A DNA stretch of 64,000 nucleotides, taken from Ascidiella aspersa. Taxonomy: Eukaryota. Positions 1-6,300 of this stretch are shown here, in pieces. The notes beneath the pieces are model-generated. The model searched no databases. It was not told where the DNA came from and was given only the letters and a program-made list of their open reading frames with translations. A program made the position numbers and the translations under genes. Position 1 is the first letter of the stretch. Every line of letters begins with the position of its first letter. Location: NCBI GenBank assembly GCA_963924565.1, contig OZ004607.1:11036001-11100000 (forward strand). Reading direction: 5' to 3'.

Positions 1-310
1 TGAAATCGTAATCAGTTTGTGTAGGCAATTTCCCAATACAGTTGTGCCACTTGCAGGCTGTTTGTGAATTCGCTATAAACTGTTGTGACGACTTGGTTCA
101 TCGTCGACTTAAGTGTTCTTGGATAACTATTTTAAAATAAACCGATGTAATTCCCTTTAGAAAAAAGAATTGACTTACGTCACTTGGGAAAAAATAAAGT
201 GCAATAATTTCAAAAGAACTTTATTTACCATACTTGTTGTCGAAACCAAACGAACGTTTGTGTTTTTTTTAATGACACTGTATTGTAAATTTGGTCTACA
301 GCTTGGCGAC

Positions 311-3300
311 ATGGGTATGTCGAAAAACACCCGAAAGTTGTACTTGATACTGCTTTTAGCCGTTGCACTTGTCTTTTCCCACACTTTTTACTTAACCACC
401 AAGTATGAACGAGTAGTAAGCAAAGACCCAGTGATACGCCTAATGAAGACGACATCAACTATGAAACCCTTTAACTCGACGTGGACCTTAACAAGCGCAG
501 AAGTTCTATTAAAAAGGTCAAGGAAAGAATCCTGGATCAAATTGGATGACCCGGAAATCAAACTGTTGCGTAAGTGTATACTGAAATTTTAAATCGGGGT
601 GAATTTAAAATGCAGCGTACACATACGATTTTAAGACATAGGTCGCATTGTTATAACTTAACAATGTCACAACGCAGATTTAACATATATATGCAGCCTA
701 CTCTGTTTGAAGCTCTACATTGCGCTATTTTAGGATGTTGTTACAATTGCAAAGATAACAGGTTCTTAGACAGCCTACTTACTTTAATGATACCTATAAT
801 TAAAGTCTTGACTTTGTTTGATTAAATGTGTGGGATTATTTATTAATGCGGGATTCGAGCATATAATATTTTACTGGTTCATCCGTTGATCTAAAGTCGT
901 TTTTTTCTTCATGACGTCACTGGGCTACTTCTTTGACGTATTTTCCTGAAACAGAGACAGGTGCCACAATTTTTTCATACCTTTTGAAGGGTGTCACTAT
1001 ATAAAATCTATTGCCTACAGCCCTACAGGGCCCAAAACCTGACCTGTTATTTTATAAGAAAGCTAAGGTTGTTTTTACATATTTTACAAAATACTTTACA
1101 TTGATGAAATATTAACGTTGGCAAGTATAATTAAGCAGTTTATTCGTTAACCTTTGTTAACCTTTAGACTCAACGTCTCTTCACCCATTGGCACTTGACG
1201 AACCGTACGCCAGCAGAATCAAAGGAATAAGATCACGATGTGAAAAGCAAGGCGCAATTAACCCGCTTGTGGATCTTTCTGGGATGATTTATGACGATAA
1301 TCACAAAGTGGTCATGTGTGAAATACCTAAGGTAGGCTATTCCTTTAAAGTTGGTTGTAAAAACGAGTTAACTAAAAGTAATCTGTTAAAACTTTTCAGC
1401 TAAATCCTTTTCTTTATTTTTTTCGTGTAAGGTAATGTGTGTCTTTTGCTGGCTCTGTATCGAGTGTTGCCTGCAAATCTGCAACCTAGTTAAACAATTT
1501 ATGATGTTATTCAAATAACGTTCACAAATTAAAACAAATATATCAATTTTCAGCAAAAGTAAAACCAAAAACACACACAATTTAAGCAAATTTATTTGGT
1601 AGGGCAGCACAATGGCTATCTATTGGGTGCTCTTTTTAAATTGTTTTCTTCACCAAAAAGAAATTTTCACACTTTTTGAAAGATATATAGGCTCACACAT
1701 GCGTTTAAACTTTAAAACAACTGTGATCAAGCTGAGTAGTATAGTTGGTTGAGCGACAGTCTCGGTATAACGGCCCAGGTATGGAGGTAGTGGATGAGCA
1801 GGTAGCCTCGTTGTCCTGCCGGTCGCCATGGGTTTTCGAGCTCCACGCATTGTGGTGCATAAATTTGATGGCGGCCAGCAGGGCATCGTTGTTAAAGAAG
1901 GAGGCTTCTGCGTCGTCCACCTTCAAGACCTTGTGGCGGAACCTCAACGCCATTTGCCCCACTCCCTGACTATCATTGGTCATGATAGAGGCGTAATCGG
2001 TTGGAAAGAAGAACTTTCCAAGGAGAGTTTTACCTTTTCCCGATTCGCCGTGGAGCATGATATGTGGACTGTATTGGATTCCACCGGTTTCACTCCGCGC
2101 TTCCAGCCCAGCTTGAATGAGAACTAAGAGAAGCTCATCAGTGGTTAAGTTGAGGTCGTCAAATTGCACGTTTTTGGCCTCGTTGATGACATCGTAGACC
2201 GCCTGTTTTGCCTCAGCTACAGTCCATTTGGGAACCTGTTGAGCTGCCATTTTCTTTAGTGCTTTCTTGAGCTTGTTTTGCTTCTTCCCAAATTCCATTT
2301 GGTTGTAAGCTCTTTTTGCCAATTGTTCTGGGAACGAGAAGTTCGCCTGGAACAGCTTTTCCTTGTAAGCGTTCATGGAGGGTTTTGTGTCGAACCCTTT
2401 GGCTACTTCTTCGGCGATCTCTTGCCACTGCCCCCTTTTTGGGTAATCTTCTCTTTGCATCATCGCTTTTGCTTCTGCTGGTACATCTGTTTCTAGTGCA
2501 CCCTTGTACATATAGCTGACCCATGCAGCTTGGTCTTTGATTGCTGCTATGTATGTCAGGGTGATTCCTAGTTTCTTCAGCTCTTCGACCACCGTCTTCT
2601 TGCGCCATGCTGCTGCTTGCCGGCCCTCCACCTGACTCTTGGTGATGAATAGCCCATGTCGGTGGGGGCAATTGCTGTTCCCTTTCTCCAGAGGCCCCTG
2701 ATAGATTGTATAACGTGCCGTCTGTGTAATCCCACTTTTGCCAACGGTCGTGGTATAGGCCCATTTTCTGCCTCTGTACTTGTCGGACATCTCCTCTGCG
2801 CCGGTCGTATTCATTTTGATAGGTTATTAGCAAGTCTTCAACAAGCCTATTTATCCTAATGGTTTTCTGAAATGCAGTATCAAGTGGATTAGGTTTTCTA
2901 CAATTAGCTGCAATATTTCGTATCACTTCAATAGTCGGAAATATTTTATCATAATGAATTTATTTGCAACATTGAACGGTATATATACACATACGATGAC
3001 GTCATTGGTACTAGTACTGGTACTTTCATATTTTTGCTCGGTTGACACTAGTACGGGTCCCCAAAAGTGATGTCCAATTCCATGGTGTAGGGGATACATA
3101 CGAAATTGTCTGTCTTGTCAGCGTATCCTGTTGTAGTAGTTTTGTACTCCGCTGCTCTCAGCTCCTTCTTTATCGACTGATCGTACACATGTATTTGTGT
3201 CATCAGTGTTCTGCATGCTGGTGGCTGCGCCGTGCTGACCTCCCACCACGGTGTTTAGTAGTAGTGCGTGACTGTTGTATTGGTTGAGTGCGTTGCGTCA

Positions 3301-6300
3301 CTACAAATTGTATGCGTATCTGATTGGAGGAATTCCAGTGGTAGAGTTGTCATTGTCTCTTCCAGCTGGTATCTTGTGCAATTGCTGTACTCTTCAAGTA
3401 GAAATTCTGGGAATTGTCCTGAGTTGTCCTGAAATCCGTTGTCGAACTTTTGTTCGTAGTGGAATCCGTGACGTTGTGTAGCCACGTCCATCATAATTAT
3501 TGGCATATTCCTGGCATTATCGTCATGGCGGTTCATGGCTGCTGCTGGCCATAGATGTAGTTTCCAGTTTGAGTATTTCATCATAGTATATTTCGGAGCC
3601 AATGCTTTAACTCCTGCTAAGTTGGTTGCTGTTGTCATTCCGTTGCACGCGTATATCCTCCACCTTCTTCCGATGTTATTTCCCTTGTCTACTAGTGCGT
3701 TCATCTGTCTGCTTATTACGGCAGAGTGGACTATCATTAGTGATCCGGCGCTAGGCAGCAGAAGGCTCTCCGTAGTGTTACCGTCCACCCATGTTCTCCA
3801 CGTCTTGAATGTACCTCTGGGGTCGGTGACTGCCTTCTGGTAAAACCACCACATTTCCTTTGTCTGTGCCTCGACGTGTGTTGTCTGTTTGATTGGATGC
3901 ATCCTTGGTATTGGTAAAGTGGGTCCACCTCTTCCTGCCGCCCCAGATCCTCCTGCAGCAGTCTCCGACAGTCTTGCGCGCTTCGTCGGTGGTTCCCCTT
4001 CGCTGTAGTCTGACTGGGAATTGATGGACAAACCCTTCATCGCCTCATTCATTGGGCTTTCTACAGGGCTGTCTCCTGGTACGTTGGCGGGGGTTGCTGC
4101 GGTTGTTGTTGTGCTTCTTGTACTATTGTACTGTTGAATCTGATGCCAGTTCTTCTTTGCCTTCTTTGCAGGGGGCATATGAGGTAGTATCTTTCTCTTA
4201 GCTTCAAATATCCCACGTACGAGATTCCCGCTAAAGCCACCAATATCAGAGCTAGCTCGCAGTAAATCGCTGTCCGCGTTATTAAATTTGTAGTATGCTT
4301 CTTGACCAAGCTTTTCGTATTCTTGATCGTGTCGTTTACACGCTGCATCCAACGGTCCAGTGGTTTCTTGTCCTATATCGTTGAAAGGTCCACAGTGAGG
4401 ATGGCCTGGTATAGTAATTCCTCCTGTAGCTAACTTCTTACTCGACTTCCAGTTCATAATGAATCAAAACTTACCTTATTTGCATATTATATCCTTTTTC
4501 TACCTGGTACTAGTACTGACACTTTCATATTCTTGCTCAGCTGACACTTCCACCTTCCTCAGTACCAAAAGTAAGAATATGAAAGTACCAGTACTAGTAC
4601 TAACCTCATTTACATACTAGTTAGCAGTTCCTTTTACCCATTTAGCGAACTCGGTTCTGTCATAGTGGAAGCTGTGACGTCACAGTGAGCCTTTAGGTGG
4701 CGCGAAGCGCGCCCGAAGGGCCACGCGAAACTGTGACGTCACAGCGACACTATGACAGAACCGAGTTCGTTAAATGGGTGTCTTTGGAGGAAAATTCATT
4801 TTTATTAAAAAGATGAAATATGGAAAAGAGGACATAGCCATACACTCAAGATTAGAATACTATGCAAAATTGTTGAAGTCCATATTTCACCAAAACTGTA
4901 ATTTTGCCCCTGGGTTCACTAAAGTTGACATATTTGTTACAGGCGGCTTGTACCTCATGGAAAGAGCTGATGTGGAACTTGCTGGGATACAACACATATC
5001 CAGACCAATTCGATAAAGCCAAACTTTTACTTTCGCTCGGCTACCTTCCGACATTAGACAGGTGAAAAGCATTAAACACCTTTTTAACTCTAAGGTATCC
5101 AAAAAAAAATGGTATCCGATTTGTTTATTGCTATTTTATCGATTTAGTTCCATAAAAACATCCTAAATTTAATCATTGTACAATTTTTTTGGTATTACAA
5201 ACAGGGTTGTGTAGTTTAGGCCGGATACAGGATTCGAAACTTGAGTAAGAGTGGTCGAGTCCCGAGTCCGACGTGTTCAGTTCTGAACCGAATAAGGCCC
5301 CAGACGTTCCTCACATTACACCTGACACGCTTAAAAGTCGCTTATAGACAAACGACAACTGCCCTTTACTATCATGAGTGTAGAAGTACCCGAGTGCAGA
5401 AATATTATCCTGCTTAAAACCTTGGTGAATTTGTCACTTAAAATATCGCCGCTGCTGTAACAGTGATCATTACAAACAGTCGCTAATTTAAACGGCCTGT
5501 TAATGCGCCTTTCTTTTGCGACATTAAATTATATTAGTATTTCTTGTAATGTTGTATACTGACTTAGTGCACTATTATCACTGTTTTTAAATGATCGGTT
5601 GACTTTATTTTACGTAGCAAAATGATTTACTAGATTTAGGTTAAATAAAAGAATGACTTGACCATTGTAAAAGCTATAAATTTTTTTTTTAATTTTTAGA
5701 CATGCCCCATTGGTCAGCATTATGTTTAGTGCGTGTATTTTGCTTTAAAAAATCATTCTCGATATTGAAAAAATCAGTGAATCAACAGTTTAAAATTTAT
5801 TTTTTAATGCAAATTCTATAAATTGGAGATGACTTGCAATCACTAGGCTACTTGGACAGTGACTTTACTTGGCTTGTCAGCAGATAACTTGACAGGGGAT
5901 TTGATTTTTAAGAACTACTCTTCATGGAAGTTACTTTTGTAAAATACTTGACTTGGCCTTTACTCCTTTAGCAACACCCCTGCCTCTTGTCAGGTTAAAT
6001 CGTGAGGAGGCGATTTGGCGTCTTGCGACTTACACCAAGTTCTTGGTGAAACGACATCCTCTGGAACGACTGGTGTCGGCGCACAGCGACAAGTTTACCA
6101 GCCGGTCGCCTGTGTCCGGTTTTCGGCTGCGAGCCGGGAGGCGGATCGCCGTTGAACAGGCCGACGCCTACATGCACTCGGTCGGCTTCAACAAGACAGG
6201 GTAAATGTCAGTGTTGTTGTAAGCATATATAAACTGTTGCCAGCAGCCATAGTAATACAAATCAAAAAACAGCTCCTCTGGTTTTAATTGTAGACCAACG

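Larger units (their letters stand above)
1720..4779 (-). mobile_element. Endogenous ssDNA virus element (parvovirus-like telomere and PLA2 capsid, CRESS-like Rep) in intron 2 of the sulfotransferase
   Basis: Intronless block, visibly more GC-rich than the flanking intron, carrying Rep, VP and overlapping ORFs and ending in a Y-hairpin at 4636-4779. Left boundary approximate: no second hairpin and no TSD seen. Confidence 0.9.

Noticed and set aside
170-310. N-terminal extension of the sulfotransferase in the 170-592 ORF
   Set aside because: Non-ATG start in AT-rich sequence upstream of an acceptor-like CTACAG at 296-301; ATG 311 fits a type II anchor better.
1745-3843. + strand ORFs inside the viral element (e.g. 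1828-2127, 3535-3843)
   Set aside because: Short antisense shadows of Rep and VP with no motifs or promoter.
1720-4779. Helitron or other HUH transposon interpretation
   Set aside because: Helicase is SF3-type rather than PIF1, a capsid with PLA2 is present, and no TC...CTRR ends were seen.
4774-5016. 80-aa ORF just beyond the hairpin as a possible third viral gene
   Set aside because: AT-rich intron sequence running out of frame into host exon 3; no viral motifs.
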